DNA from: Octopus sinensis
Taxonomy: Eukaryota
DNA length: 64,000 nt
Direction of reading: 5' to 3'
Assembly (NCBI RefSeq): GCF_006345805.1
Contig: NW_021833648.1
Span: 1 to 64,000 of the forward strand
Part shown: in pieces, positions 1 to 13,484 of the stretch
How the letters are laid out: every line of letters starts with the position of its first letter
How positions within the stretch are numbered: the first letter of the stretch is position 1
The notes under the pieces: model-generated
The model's input: the letters and a program-made list of their open reading frames with translations, nothing else
The model's database searches: none
Told to the model about the DNA's origin: nothing
Translations under genes and position numbers: made by a program

Positions 1-228
1 GTGTGTGTGTGTATGTATGTGCGTGTGTTTGTGTGTGCTTATGTTTTGTCGCTACCACTGCTTGACAACCAGTTGGTGTGTTTATATCTCTGTAACATAG
101 CAGCTCGGCAAACAAAACCGATGAGATAAGTACCAGGCTCAAAACAATAAAATGTATTGGTGTTGGTTCTTCAAGGCAGTGCTCCAGCATGACTGCAGGC
201 TAATGACTGAAATATGTAAAGGAAATAG

Positions 229-398
229 GTGCAGGTGCAGCTGTGTGGTAAGTAGCTTGCTTACCAACCACATGGTCCCGGGTTCAGTCCTACTGCGTGG
301 CACCTTGGGCAAGTGTCTTCTACTATAGCCTCGGGCCGACCAAAACCTTGCGAGTGTATTTGGTAGACGGAAACTGAAAGAAGCCTGTCGTATATATG

Positions 399-473
<75 letters not shown>

Positions 474-688
474 TTGTGTGTCTGTGTTTGTCCCCCCTCT
501 CAACATCGCTTGAGAACTGATCCTGGTGTGTTTACGTCCCCGTAACTAGTGGTTCGGCAAAAGATCCGATAGAGTAAGTACTAGGCTTACAAAGAATAAG
601 TCCTGTGGTCGGTTTTATTGACTAAAGGCGGTACCCCAGCATAGCCGCAGTCAAATGACTGAAACAAGTAAAAGCGTAAAAGAGTAAA
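229..688 (+). mobile_element. SINE family A (tRNA-like head, internal (TA)n(TG)n, second arm, (taaaagag)n tail)
   Basis: gctgtgtggtaag..ggttcagtcc..cttgggcaagtgtc..gaaagaagcc.gtcg, then a microsatellite, then tgtttgtcccc..gactgaaacaagtaaaag. Recurs many times in the window. Confidence 0.88.
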
Positions 689-1716
689 ATATGTATATTG
701 AGAGAAAAAGGTGAACCGAAACAGATAAGAAAAGAAAGAATGAAAAAAAGAGAGAAGCATTGTTAGAAAGTGAAGGGTGGGGAAGTGGTGGAATATAAAG
801 AGAAGCAGAAAAGAAAGAAGGCGAATGAGTGAGAGGCGTACGTATTGAGTGAAATAGAGATTAGGCAAGAAAAAGACTGGGAGACAGGAATAAATACATA
901 CAAACACAGAGAGGGAGAGAGAGGGAGAGAGAAAGAGAGAAAAAGAGAGAGAGAGACAGTGATAGAGAGAGATAACGGGAGAGAAAGAGAGAGTGGGGAA
1001 GAGATAGTGAGAGAGAGGGAGGTGGTTAAATGTCTTACATTTGCAGACGACGAACATTTTCTGATATAATTTGAGTTGGATTAGTTGGACAACTTATTAA
1101 TGAGCAGTGTGTGTGTGTGTGTGTGTATGTGTGTGTGTGTGGTGTGTGTGTGTGTATGTGTGTATGTGTGTATGTGTGAGCGTTGTTTGTTGCTTTTTAA
1201 ATAACGATTGACGATTCCATAATGATGTTTGCATACACTATGTAATCATGTAATTATATATACACACGTGTTTGTATATTCTAATGTGTGTGTATGTATA
1301 TATGTGATCATGGATGTGCCTGTATGGGTGTATTTTGTTGCTCTATTAAATTTCAATTATGTATGTGTGCGTGTGAGTGTGAGGGCGGCGAGCTGGCAGA
1401 ATCATTAGCGCGTCGGAGAAAATGCTTAGCGGGTTTTTCCCCCCGCTTTATAAGTTCAAATTCCGCCTTGGTTGGCTTTGCTTTTCATTCTTTCAGGACC
1501 AATAAAATAGAATCAGTTTTGGACTGGGGTCAATGCAATCCACGAAGCCTCCTTCTCCCAAATCTCAAACCCTGTAGCACTGGCTATAATTTCTATCGAA
1601 AATCTGTAGAACTCAATTTTTTTTAGAACAAACGGGATTTAATTGCACTGCTAACACTGGTGAAGCAAGTATTGGCTTATAAGCCTTTACTATACTTGGC
1701 AGCATAATATAGTTGC

Positions 1717-1756
<40 letters not shown>

Positions 1757-1818
1757 TATATATAGAAATATGTTACAAAAAGAAATAGAAACTACACTTG
1801 GAAATGTAAGGGCAAAGC

Positions 1819-1947
1819 AAGAAGAAAAATAAGCGAAAATGCCCATTGGAAATCAAAAAAGTAAAGGCTTTTTATGAAAAGTAACGCTTTCAGAAAAGCC
1901 TTTAGTTTTTTTGATTTCCAATGTGCATTTTCGCTATTTTTCTTCTT
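1819..1947. repeat. Near-perfect 129-bp hairpin
   Basis: aagaagaaaaata(a)gcgaaaatgcccattggaaatcaaaaaagtaaaggctttt pairs with aaaagcctttagttttttgatttccaatgtgcattttcgctatttttcttctt; ~8-nt loop. Confidence 0.92.
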
Positions 1948-1958
1948 ACTCCCCCCCC

Positions 1959-2020
<62 letters not shown>

Positions 2021-2490
2021 ACACGTGCTGTTGGCTATTTATTTTCCTTTGGACTATTCCCTTTCTCTTTTCCGACGAAAAACTCTGCTTGAAGCGTCAA
2101 ACTTTCTCTTTTCACCGAGCATCAAGCTAATATATTTCTTGTGTACGTCTTCTTGTCCGTTAATTTTAATCGTTTAAATGGTCCCCAAGACTATTTTTCC
2201 TAAGTCGGGCACTTATTCTGTCGGTCGCTTTTGCCGAACTGCCAAGTTACTGTCATGTTAACATACCAACGAAGGCTTTCAAGCTGTGATGGGGGACAAA
2301 CAGGCACAAAGACACAGAAAAATATATAATATATATATATATATAGATATATATATATATATATATATATATAATAAGAGATGAGTGTATTTTTACCTTG
2401 TTAACAATTAACACGGAAAAAATATAAATAGTTACCAGGGCAGGCAAAAATCTCACAAGTAAAAATATTTGATACACCTGCGTTAACTCC

Positions 2491-2533
<43 letters not shown>

Positions 2534-2582
2534 AACAAGTAAAAAATAAGAAAATGCTAAAATAATTTTATAGTGAACATTT

Positions 2583-2620
2583 CAGTACCGGTTTCGGTCA
2601 TTTTGAGACCTTTTCAACTG
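2583..2620 (-). ncRNA. Minimal type I hammerhead ribozyme, Penelope-like-element type
   Basis: cag-UUGAAAA-ggtc(tcaaaat)gacc-GAAA-ccgg-UA-ctg: stem I cag/ctg, stem II ggtc/gacc, palindromic stem III, GUA cleavage triplet, U3-A8 core variant. Confidence 0.7.
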
Positions 2621-3846
2621 TAACGATTAAATAATTAAATTTAGAAAAATTAGAAGAAAAGTTTTTTTAAAAAGAAATTTCTATAGTAGTGTTCAGATTT
2701 AAGTGGCATTCTGCCTTTCTCTGACTCCCTTGTTTGCACTTGTGTGTTCGAGGTAGTTGTGAGTTCTTGGTAGGGTAGTAGAGGGAAGGCTGGTGAGGAA
2801 AGGGTGGTGGGAGAATCTGGGAGTGCCCTGATGGTCGTTTTTGAATGGTCAGTGGCGGCTGGCAGTCTCAGTTCAATTCAGGAGAATATTTATATTGACA
2901 GCTTGTTTATAGAATTAGCGTAGGTGTTATACTAAAAAACATTAGTGACAAACTTAAGGGGTAGGGGGTGGAGAAGAGAGAAGAAGAAGAAGGAGAAGGA
3001 GAAGGAGAAGATGATGGTGATGGTGGGTTGATGATGATGATTAACGATGATGATGAAGAAGAAGAAGGAAGAAGGAGGAGAAGGAGAAGATGGTGGTGAT
3101 GATGGTGGCGATGATGATGACGCCGATGATGATGATGATAACGATGATGATGAAAAGAGGAAGAAGAAGAAGAAGAAAAAAACAGAGAAGGGAGAATATG
3201 AATGGGTGTAAATATAGCTATGAAGGGGCTGATTAGTAATGGATTCTATGGAGTGTAGTATTTGTGTGTGTATATATTATTTTTTTCTTTTATTCTAAAG
3301 TTGAGGTATATTAATTGTTTGTCGTAGACCCGTTAAGAAGTGGCTTGTATTTTGTAATAAAGAGATTTTCTTTACTTTTCTTTGTCTCGAGTTGTATCGT
3401 CCCTAAATTGGTAGAGGGGGAAAAATTCTGAAGTTTGGTGTTTTTTTGTTGGCGCAAGTATCTATGTGTTGGCTAAAAACTATTTTTCTGTTTTGGGGAA
3501 TTTTTATCTGGGATCTGTGCAGGGCCATTCGTTTACGCAAACAGACAGGCTTCTTTCAGATTCCATCTATCAAATCCACTCACAAAGTCTTGGTCTGCTA
3601 GAGGCTATAACAGAACACACTTGCCCAAGGTACCACGCAGTGGAACTGAACACGGGACTTGTGGTTTGGACATGAGGACCGTATACTGCAATAACAGTCA
3701 AAGGGATCTACATTGAGTTGGGATACTCGTTGATAGCTGTTTTTAAGAAACAACTTGGTCACATGCTGTCCATGGTCACAGAAGAACTTACATCTCGTCA
3801 AGAAAATCAAAAGACTGGTCGTGTATGTGTATAAACATTTATATAA

Positions 3847-4017
3847 GGCGTAGGTGTGGCTGTGTGGCAAGTAGCTTCCTTACAAACCACGTGGTTCCGA
3901 GTTCAGTCTCACAGCGTGGCACCTTGAGCAAGTGTCTTCTACTAAAGCCTCGGGCCGACCAAACCCTTGTGAGTGGATTTGGTAGCCGGAACCTGAAAGA
4001 AGCCAGTCGTATATATG

Positions 4018-4100
<83 letters not shown>

Positions 4101-4327
4101 GGTGTGTATGTTTGTGTGTCTGTGTTTGTCCCCCAACATCGCTTGACAACCGAACGCTGGTGTGATTACGTTCCCGTAACTTAGCGGTTCGGCAAAAAAG
4201 ACCGATAGAATAAGTACTAGGTTTACAAAGAAAAGTCCTGGGGTCGATTTGCTCGACTAAAGGCGGTGCTCCATCATGGCCACAGTCAAATGACTGAAAC
4301 AAATAAAAGACTAAAAGACTAAAAGAC
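3847..4327 (+). mobile_element. SINE family A, full copy
   Basis: Collinear with 229-688. Confidence 0.88.
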
Positions 4328-4362
4328 ATACATACATACATATGTGTATGCATGAATATATA

Positions 4363-4400
<38 letters not shown>

Positions 4401-4737
4401 ACGTATGCATGCATCTGTGTGTGTTTCTATTATTAACACAACTGCAGTTAAATTATCTGTAATCTGCTGGTTATTTCGCACAATTTCCTCATGTTCTAAT
4501 TTCTAGAATATTTTGATAACGAATTGTCTTGTTTTCTATTATTTTTAGTTTGTTTTATCAACAAACATTATTATTGTTGTTGTTGTTTTTGCTGTTAATT
4601 GTGTAGTTATCGGATCGCCGTTTTTCAATTACTCCGGTTCTCAATAAGAAAACTTCCGTTATTACAGTGTTGAAAATGACAGGCAAACAAACGGTGCTTA
4701 CGTGCAGAGTTTAAGAGGGTGAAAGTGTGAAGGGTAG

Positions 4738-5078
4738 AGGCCCCCTTCGGTCATGAATGACCGTAGGATTGCACCTAGAAAGTTACCCTCTGAGGCTCAA
4801 GTCTAGGCAAAGTTGTTTATGGAAGATCAGCAATTGCACATGCATATCATCCTCTCCTCTCCAAGCCGGCGATGTTATCCATGGAGAAAGCAAAGACAGA
4901 TATAGCTTGGCACCAATGACGTCACAACTCATTTCTACAGCTTAGTGAACTGGAGCAATGTGAAATAAAGTGCCTTGTTCAAGAACACAACAAGTCCGGG
5001 AATCGTGCTCACTACCTCATTATTGTGAACATAATGCTCTAACCACTGAACCATGCGCTCTAACCATGCGCCTTCACA
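4738..5078 (-). mobile_element. tRNA-derived CORE-like SINE (family C2)
   Basis: gtgaaggcgcatgg..cttgaacaaggcacttta..ctccagttcact; tail ..catgaccgaagggg. Confidence 0.82.
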
Positions 5079-5711
5079 GAATCTAGAAAAATTTCGTGAA
5101 AACGGTAGCAGTGACGCGGTAATGTGTCGCCGACAGAGCATCAAATAAAATTTATTGAGTAGCTTTATATCTTCAAAATATTACTGAAAGGGATTTATGC
5201 TTTTCATATCCCTGATGTTGATAGAATAATGTATGTGTTAAATACTAATGGTAATATGATTGACGACATTAAGGTGGCGGGATGATAGAATGACTGCTTT
5301 TCGACATTCTCCACGTTCTGTTTTCAAAATCCGTGGTGGTCGAATTTGCTTTTCCACCTTTCGGAGTCGATAAAATAAGTACCAGAGGATCACTTGATTC
5401 GATGTAATAGGCTTACCTCCCATTCCCGGAACTGCTGAATTTGAGCCAAAATTAAAAACCGGTATTACTAACAACATCCCTCTTACGAAATGTGCGCGTT
5501 TGGCTAAGGTGAGTAAGGACAAAAATCAATATTTGTGCTACAAACAGGAGTGAGGTGACAGAATCGGTAGAATATCGGATAAAAATGGTTGCAGTATCTT
5601 TACGTTCTTTGCATTGCATGTCTCTAGTTCGAAAAATAAACTAACAATTAATTGCTGGAGTCGATATCATCGGTACCAAAACTAATCCTTATCAAGCCAC
5701 AAAATGTTTAT

Positions 5712-5942
5712 TCCTTTGTTGCCCGGGAGGGGGGGCTAAACATAGAGGGGACAAACAGGGACAGACAAAGGGATTAAGTGAATTACATCGATTCTAGTGC
5801 GCAACTGGTACTTATATAATCGACCCCGAAAGAATAAAAGGCAAAGTCGGCCTCGGCGGAATTTGAACACAGAATGTAACGGCAGACGACATATCGCTAG
5901 GTAATTCGCTCGGTGTGCTAATGATTCTGCCAGCTCGCCGCC
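5712..5942 (-). mobile_element. SINE family B2, more diverged
   Basis: Reverse complement of B2 with a degraded tail. Confidence 0.8.
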
Positions 5943-7220
5943 TTACTACTACAACATAATTTAGTAGTAGTAGTATTGGTTATAACATTAGTAGCAGTTG
6001 TAAAATTATTGGTATCAGCAGTAGCATTTGTAGTTACAGTGCCGTTAGTAGTAGAATCATTAGTAGTAGTAATAGTAGTTGTTATTATTGTTGTTTCTCT
6101 CATTAAAACAAATTCACTCATTTTGGAGGGGATTTTAGAAATAAGTAGAAGACATTTCGCTTCGCATTACCCACTGATGACTCTCGGGAAGTCATGAATA
6201 TCATAATACGATAACAGTGCTGCAGTAGACATTTTTCATGATTAGCCAAAGACCACTGTTACTACCACAGCTATTTCGTTGTTTGTTGCAGTAATCTTAA
6301 TATGTATTGTGAACTGGTTCTCTCCTTTGTTATTTAGGTTCCAAATATATTCTGAAAGAGAAGTGGAATTTTCTTGCTCCTACAACTAAATAAATGGATA
6401 TCGTGTGTATATCTTGTTTGTAATTGTATTTTTAGTTAACCTGATATATGTTTTTTCGTACTTTCTACTAATTTTATCTTGCCTGTATAAACTTAATCTT
6501 TCAGCAAGCATTTTCTGTTCAAAAAAGACTTCATTTATATATCTCTAGTTACATTCATTTTTGACCAGTTATGTAGTGCTACTGGACTTTTGACGACGCG
6601 TAGCATCCTGAAAAGCTCTTTTCTAATATCCTTTCTGCTATAGGCATATGATTTGAAATTTGGGGTAGGGGTAAGTCTATTACATCGACACCAGTCGTAA
6701 CTGGTACTTATTTCATCGACCCCGAAAAGATGAAAGGCAAACTGGACCTCAAGCTTTTTCCTAATATAACTACCTGATGACACAATTATTGCGAGAGAAA
6801 TTAGGCATTCAGGAATCTGGGTGAAAGCCTGTGAGATAGACTGTATCTATAACGTAAAAATGTCAAACTTGTCATATATTTTTCCCGCTGTTTATGCATG
6901 AAAATTACACGAAGGGTACACGTGATTGTGTAAACTCAGTCATGCACACTCTACTACAGTGAGTGACGCAACTGGTTCATTTGATCGAAACAAATGGAAT
7001 AATTTTCGCCGATACTGACGAAGGATCTAATTACTTCACTTTTGCCTTTTTTAAGCATGCTTGTATGCGTATGTGTATATTGTATGTGTGTATGACAATG
7101 GATCTAGTTACTAAAACAAAACAAAACCAAAAAAGGTTCCCAGTAATGTATAACTTAGCTTAGAAGAGCATTTAGGAGTGGGAGAAGCATACACATACAT
7201 ACGAACGTATATACATACGC

Positions 7221-7453
7221 GAGGGCGGCGAGCTGGCAGAAACGTTAGCACGCCGGGCGAAATGCTTAGCAGTATTTCGTCTGTCGCTACGTTCTGAGTT
7301 CAAATTCCGCCTAAGTCGACTTTGCCTTTCATCCTTTCGGGGTCGATTAAATAAGTACCAGTTACGCACTGGGGTCGATATAATCGACTTAATCCGTTTG
7401 TCTGTCCTTGTTTGTCCCCTCTGTGTGTAGCCCTTTGTGGGCAGTAAAGAAAT
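7221..7453 (+). mobile_element. SINE family B2 (ggcggcgagctggcagaa head, Tx1-like tail) with 16-bp TSD
   Basis: TSD acgtatatacatacgc at 7205-7220 and 7454-7469; B-box-like gagttcaaattcc; tail gccctttgtgggcagtaaagaaat. Confidence 0.92.
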
Positions 7454-7538
7454 ACGTATATACATACGCGCGCACGCGCACACACACAGATATATGTGTG
7501 TGTATGTATAAATAGGTAGACAGATATATAGATCAATC

Positions 7539-7591
<53 letters not shown>

Positions 7592-7624
7592 GTATACGCA
7601 CATACATATAAAGACAAGTACACA

Positions 7625-7898
7625 AAGCTAGAACTGACCCTCCTTCGTTTACTACGATGAGTGTTCCGGTTGAACCGATCACCGGAACAGCTGAATGTTC
7701 CACCAACACTCATACTCTTAAAGTAGTTCCCAGGGATTTTAGCGTGACACAGAATGTGATAAGGTTAGCCCTTTGAAATACAGGGACTACGGAAAATAAA
7801 GTGACTTGCTCAAGGATACAGTAAGCCGCCGGGAATCGAACTCATGATCTTAGGACCGAAGGCTGAATACCCTAACCACTAAGCCATGCGCCCTCACA
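7625..7898 (-). mobile_element. SINE family C1, diverged
   Basis: Reverse complement of the 10374 family, with deletions. Confidence 0.75.
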
Positions 7899-7928
7899 AG
7901 AAAATCCACAAATACACACTCCAGTACT

Positions 7929-7984
<56 letters not shown>

Positions 7985-8519
7985 ATATATATGCAAAATG
8001 ACATTCACACACACACACGCACGGTCGCGCGCACACATCCACACACACATTAATAAGACAACACACAAACACACAAAACGTATATATACGTACATATAGA
8101 CACCACTATACCTTCGACACCATCCCAACGGCAGCTGCAACTACAGCAACAGCAGGATCACCACACCACCACTACCACCACCATCATCATCATCACCACC
8201 AACATCACCACCACTAACCACAACAACATTCACACCACATCGCTCAAGAGTCATTTACAATACCGCCATATCATGTAACCAAACTAGGTAGGGTTATTGT
8301 TGTGAACAGTTAAAGATATTTAACAATTTAGCAGTGAAATATGTTCATTAGTTGAGAGGTAATTAACCGTAATTAGTGACTAACCTTAAATTGGTTAAAC
8401 TGACACGGATACTTAATACTAGTAAAACAAATCTCCAATAATTAGCAGTTGGTATGTGAATGTGTGCGCACGTGTGTGTATGTATGTGTCATAGCTTTCT
8501 GTACATATGTATATATATA

Positions 8520-8573
<54 letters not shown>

Positions 8574-9519
8574 GCATATATATATATATATATATTAATA
8601 TATATATATATATATATATGTATGTAATATATATATATATATGTATGTATATGTATATATATATATGTATATATATATATGTATGTATATGTATATATAT
8701 TAACATTGATAATGGGTTGTTTCACTAATCTTCATCATATACATATGGGTGTTTACAGACATATGTATAATTATATCTACACATACCCACGTACCCATGT
8801 ATTAGAGGATGAAGCATACAAAAACAAGCAATTATCATTCTGATTACACACACACACATGTATAAATACATATATACATATATACGTATATATATGCATA
8901 CATATATATTTATGTATATATTTATGTGTGAGTGTGTATCTACATACATATGTACACGCATACATACATATATACAAACACACACAAATATCCGCTTACG
9001 AACACACAAAGTGCCCACAGACAAGCATACCCAGACATACACACATAAAAGTAAAAAAAAAGAAAAAAAAAAAGAAAAGGTGCTCCGTCGGTATCAACGA
9101 TGACTCTTCCAGTTTCTCGATTAACTGAACAACCTTCACATGGTATTAACCAATAAATGGTTGAATATTCCACAGACCTATGTTCCAGATTCTGAGACAG
9201 ACTTATCAAATTATTATTTGTAACAATGCTGTCACTTTGGAATTCTAGTACGAAGGATCGAACTCATGCAGTTCCCAGCCGCCCAGTTTCACGCAAGAGC
9301 CATAATCTGACTCGATGATTTACTGAAATACTCTTGCGCAAAAAAACCATGCTGTGCATTGGAACCCGAGACTTTTTGATTTGTGAAGTGAACACTTTAG
9401 TCGCTCATCCAGACAGATGCATAGACGTAGAGAAGCATTTCGCCACACCCACTGCTTCCAGCCAAATAACCACTAGCCTAGCAATGTGTCTATTGAAATA
9501 TCAGCAACGGTAACTTATC

Positions 9520-10200
9520 ACCACCACCAATACCACCACCACCACCACCACCACCACCACCACTACCACTACCACCACCACCACCGCTGCCACCACCACT
9601 ACCACAATCACCACCACTAGCCTTACTACCTCCACTCTTACCTTCATCACCTTCACCACCACCACTACTAATATCACTACCACCACCACCATCAACACCA
9701 TACCATCACCAGTACCACTACCAGTACCACCACCACCACCACCACCACCACCACCACCACCATCACCACAACTACCACTACCACTACAATCACCACCACC
9801 ACCCCTACTACCTCCACTATTACCATCACCACCATCACCCCCCTATTACTTCCACTATTACCATCACCACCATCATCACCACCACTACAACTACCAACAC
9901 TAACACTACCGCCATCTCCACCATACTACCACCACAACCACCACCACAATCACCCCACCACCACCACCACCACCACCACCACCCCTACTATCTCCACTAT
10001 TACCATCGCTACCACCATTACTACTACCATCACCGCCACCACCACCAATACTATCACCACCATCATCACCACCACCACCAGACCACCACTACCACAGTAC
10101 CTCCACTTCCACCACTACCACCATTATCACCACCACCACCACCACTATCAACACCAGTACCACAATCACATCCCTACCTCAACATCACCATTGCCATTCC
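9520..10200. repeat. Degenerate (ACC/ACT)n low-complexity tract
   Basis: Direct inspection. Confidence 0.9.
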
Positions 10201-10373
10201 ACCATCACAGCGACATTAAGTGTAGAAATAGTAGTCAAATGCCATTCATATCATACTCAAGTGTCTTTAAGAGGAATTGGGAAAGAGTGATCTAGTAACG
10301 TGGTTCTTTATAATACAAACAAACGCATTGGTCATGGCTAGAACGTCTTTACTCATTGACCTATTGAATGAGA

Positions 10374-10699
10374 GTAAAGACGCGTGGCTTAGTGGTTAGG
10401 GGCATTCGGCTCATGATCGTAAGGTAGTGCGTTCAATTCCCGGCGGCGCGTTGTGTCCTTGAGCAAGACGCTTTATTTCACGTTGCTCCAGTCCACTCAG
10501 CTGGCAAAAATGAGTATTACCTGTATTTCAAAGGGCCAGCCTTGTCACACTCTGTGTCACGCTGAATCTCCCCGAGAACTACGTGTTAAGGGTACACGTG
10601 TTTGTGGAGTGCTCAGCCACTTGCACGTTAATTTCACGAGCAAGCTGTTCCGTTGATCGTATCAGCTTGGACCCTCGTCGTCGCAACCGACGGAGTGCT
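10374..10699 (+). mobile_element. tRNA-derived CORE-like SINE (family C1) with 14-bp TSD
   Basis: A box tggcttagtgg, B box gttcaattcc, CORE-like tgtgtccttgagcaagacgcttta; TSD cctattgaatgaga at 10360-10373 and 10700-10713. Confidence 0.9.
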
Positions 10700-12029
10700 C
10701 CTATTGAATGAGATCGAAAATTGGAAGGGGTTGAAATAACAACAACAATAGTAACACCACCACCAACAACAACAGTAATAAGAACAACAGTAACAACAAC
10801 AATAACAACAACAACAGCAGCATTGTTAATGTTGTCACTGACAACAACGGCTTCGTCAACAACAACGTTTCAATATAAAAATAATAAGACATTTTATTTT
10901 GCTGATGTTGTTGTTGTTGTTGTAGCTGTTGGTGCTGCTGCTGCTGTTGTTGTTCGCTGAATGATTTTCGTCAATTAGGAAACTGCGTATGATTAAGTGT
11001 AGTGACAAGGAGGCTTGGTGTCTGTAGCCGGTGACTAGGATTGGCGGGGTGAACGCTAGTTTAGATGTAATATATTATGACCCTACAAAAAAGACATTTG
11101 ACAAAATTTAATGATAATTGAATAATAAGTAATAAGTATGTCAGCAGCTACGTACGTGATAGTAAACGTTGGATAAACAGCTGAGAAGTGGAGTATATTA
11201 AGATAGCCGCGTTTCTGGCTGTAGCGATCGTCAGAGAACTGCATTTTATCGAGTACTGTACAGAAGGTAAAGGTGTGTAGCTTGTGCTAAGGAATTGTGA
11301 ATTTTTAGTCGAACAAATCGATTTCAGCACTTATCCTTTTCAAGTGTCGAACTTATTCCATCAATCTGTAGGGTTAGCTACTATAAATTAACAGAGAAAG
11401 CTTTGTGCTAGTGGGTCCGTGACCAAGACCGAAATTGGTAGCGGATCGTCAAGATTGACCAACAAAGCAGCAAACTGGTTCAGTCGTTGTTGGAGAGTAG
11501 GAAAAATTGTTTGCAGAATAACTGTCTCTCTGTCTTTGGTGATGTTCTGCATGGTAAAAGAAGAAACTGATATCAGATGAGCAGTAGAATCATTTCGCCA
11601 TGTGGCCGGGTATTGCCAACGGCTTATTAAAATCAGTTGTGGTGACAAAAAAAAAACATTGAGTTTTTTTGCTGATTCAAAACCGTCAGTCTCACTCACA
11701 CCACCACTATCACTGTTATTGCCACCACTACCACACCCACTACACTCCACCCATCCCACCCCGTCCCCACCACACGAAACCTTCTCCTCCCCCTTTTCTT
11801 CATCTACATCCTCCTCTCCAATCACCACCATCATCATAGTCACCATCACCACCCCCAGCTGCAACAACGTAATGTAGAATCCGCCATCTTTTTTCTAAAT
11901 ATCGGACAGTATCCGGCACTCCGTCGTGAAATAAACGATCAAGTGGCCGAGTACACCACAGACATGCATATCCTTAATGGGCCCAATTGGTGAGTGGATA
12001 TGTTAGTTGGTTAGTAATGGAAAGTATAT

Positions 12030-12260
12030 ATTTCTTTACTGTCCACAAGGGGCTAAACATAGAGGGGACAAACAAGGACAGACAAAGGGAGTAAGTCGAT
12101 TATATCGACCCCAGTGCGAAACTGGTACTTTATTTATCGACCCTGAAAGGATGAAAGGTAAAGTCGACCTCGGCAGAATTTGAACTCAGAACGTAACGAC
12201 AGACGAAATACGTCTAAGCATTTCGCCCGGCGCGCTAACGTTTCTGCCAGCTCGCCGCCT
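12030..12260 (-). mobile_element. SINE family B2
   Basis: Reverse complement of 7221-7453. Confidence 0.9.
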
Positions 12261-12388
12261 AATAGAAGGTATAGTCATGCGGGTTCAATCGCTAGGTCAA
12301 TCACACTAGGCAGTGAAGGCAGTTTTTTAAAACTTGTCCTTCGTGTATTTGTCTATGACATCAACTGCACTGTGTGATTTCTTTAAAT

Positions 12389-12828
12389 GCGTAGGAGTGG
12401 CTGTGTGGTAAGTAGCTTGCTTACCAATCACATGGTTCCGGGTTCAGTCCCTCTGCGTGACACCTTGGGCAAGTGTCTTCTACTATAGCCTCGGGCCGAC
12501 CAAAGCCTTGTGAGTGGATTTGGTAGACGGAAACTGAAAGAAGCCCGTCGTATATATGTATCTCTCTCTCTCCCTCTCTCTTTCTCTCTCTCTCTATATA
12601 TATATGCATGAATGTGTGTGTGTATATGTTTGCGTGTCTGTGTTGTCCCCCCAACATCGCTTGACAACCGATGGTGGTGTGTTTACGTCCCCCGTAACTT
12701 AGCGGTTCGGCAAAAGTGACCGATAGAACAAGTACTAGGTTTACAAAGAATAAGTCCTGGGGTCGATTTGCTCGACTAAAGCGGTGCCCCAGCATGGCCA
12801 CAATCAAATGAATGAAAGAAGTAAAAGA
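12389..12828 (+). mobile_element. SINE family A, full copy
   Basis: Collinear with 229-688; the internal microsatellite here includes (CT)n. Confidence 0.88.
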
Positions 12829-13329
12829 AGGTTCAGCGTGACACAGCATGTGACAAGGGTGGCGCCTTTGAATTAGAAATATAACTAAATTTACCAGCTG
12901 AATGAATTGGAGCAAGGTGGAATGAAATACTTTGCTCAAGGACACACCCAACGTGCCACCGGGACTCGAACTCGCAGCCTTACGACTGTGAGACGAAAAC
13001 CCCCAACCACTAAAATTCGACACAAAATATGGAAGTCTGTTCTGTTTGAATGAAAGAAGGGTTGTTCATTGATGGAACATGCATCCTATCATTGTTAACA
13101 AGGTGCTAAAAAACAACAAAAACAGCATCAACACACACTCGCCTTATATAACTTCCTCTTACCATCACCCTCATTGCCACTACGGCAACTAATAACATCA
13201 CTGTTAGCGCGTTCAATGGGATGGATGCTCCCGGAACACTTGAAACGTCTTAAAATTTTGCAGTCCGTTCCCACTTTATCTCTACCCTACCAACCTCAGT
13301 AACACCATCACCATACTGTCACAAACACA

Positions 13330-13444
13330 AGCGCCATCACCATTTGCCACCACCACCACCGCGTTCATTACCACTAAACCACACACCACAACCGCTGCCG
13401 CCGCCACCACCACCACCACCACCACCACCACGCTGCTGCTGCTG

Positions 13445-13484
<40 letters not shown>

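Noticed and set aside
10380-10450. tRNA-like A/B boxes, also at the heads of families A, B, C and D
   Set aside because: They continue into SINE bodies with TSDs and I could not fold a full cloverleaf; these are SINE heads, not tRNA genes.
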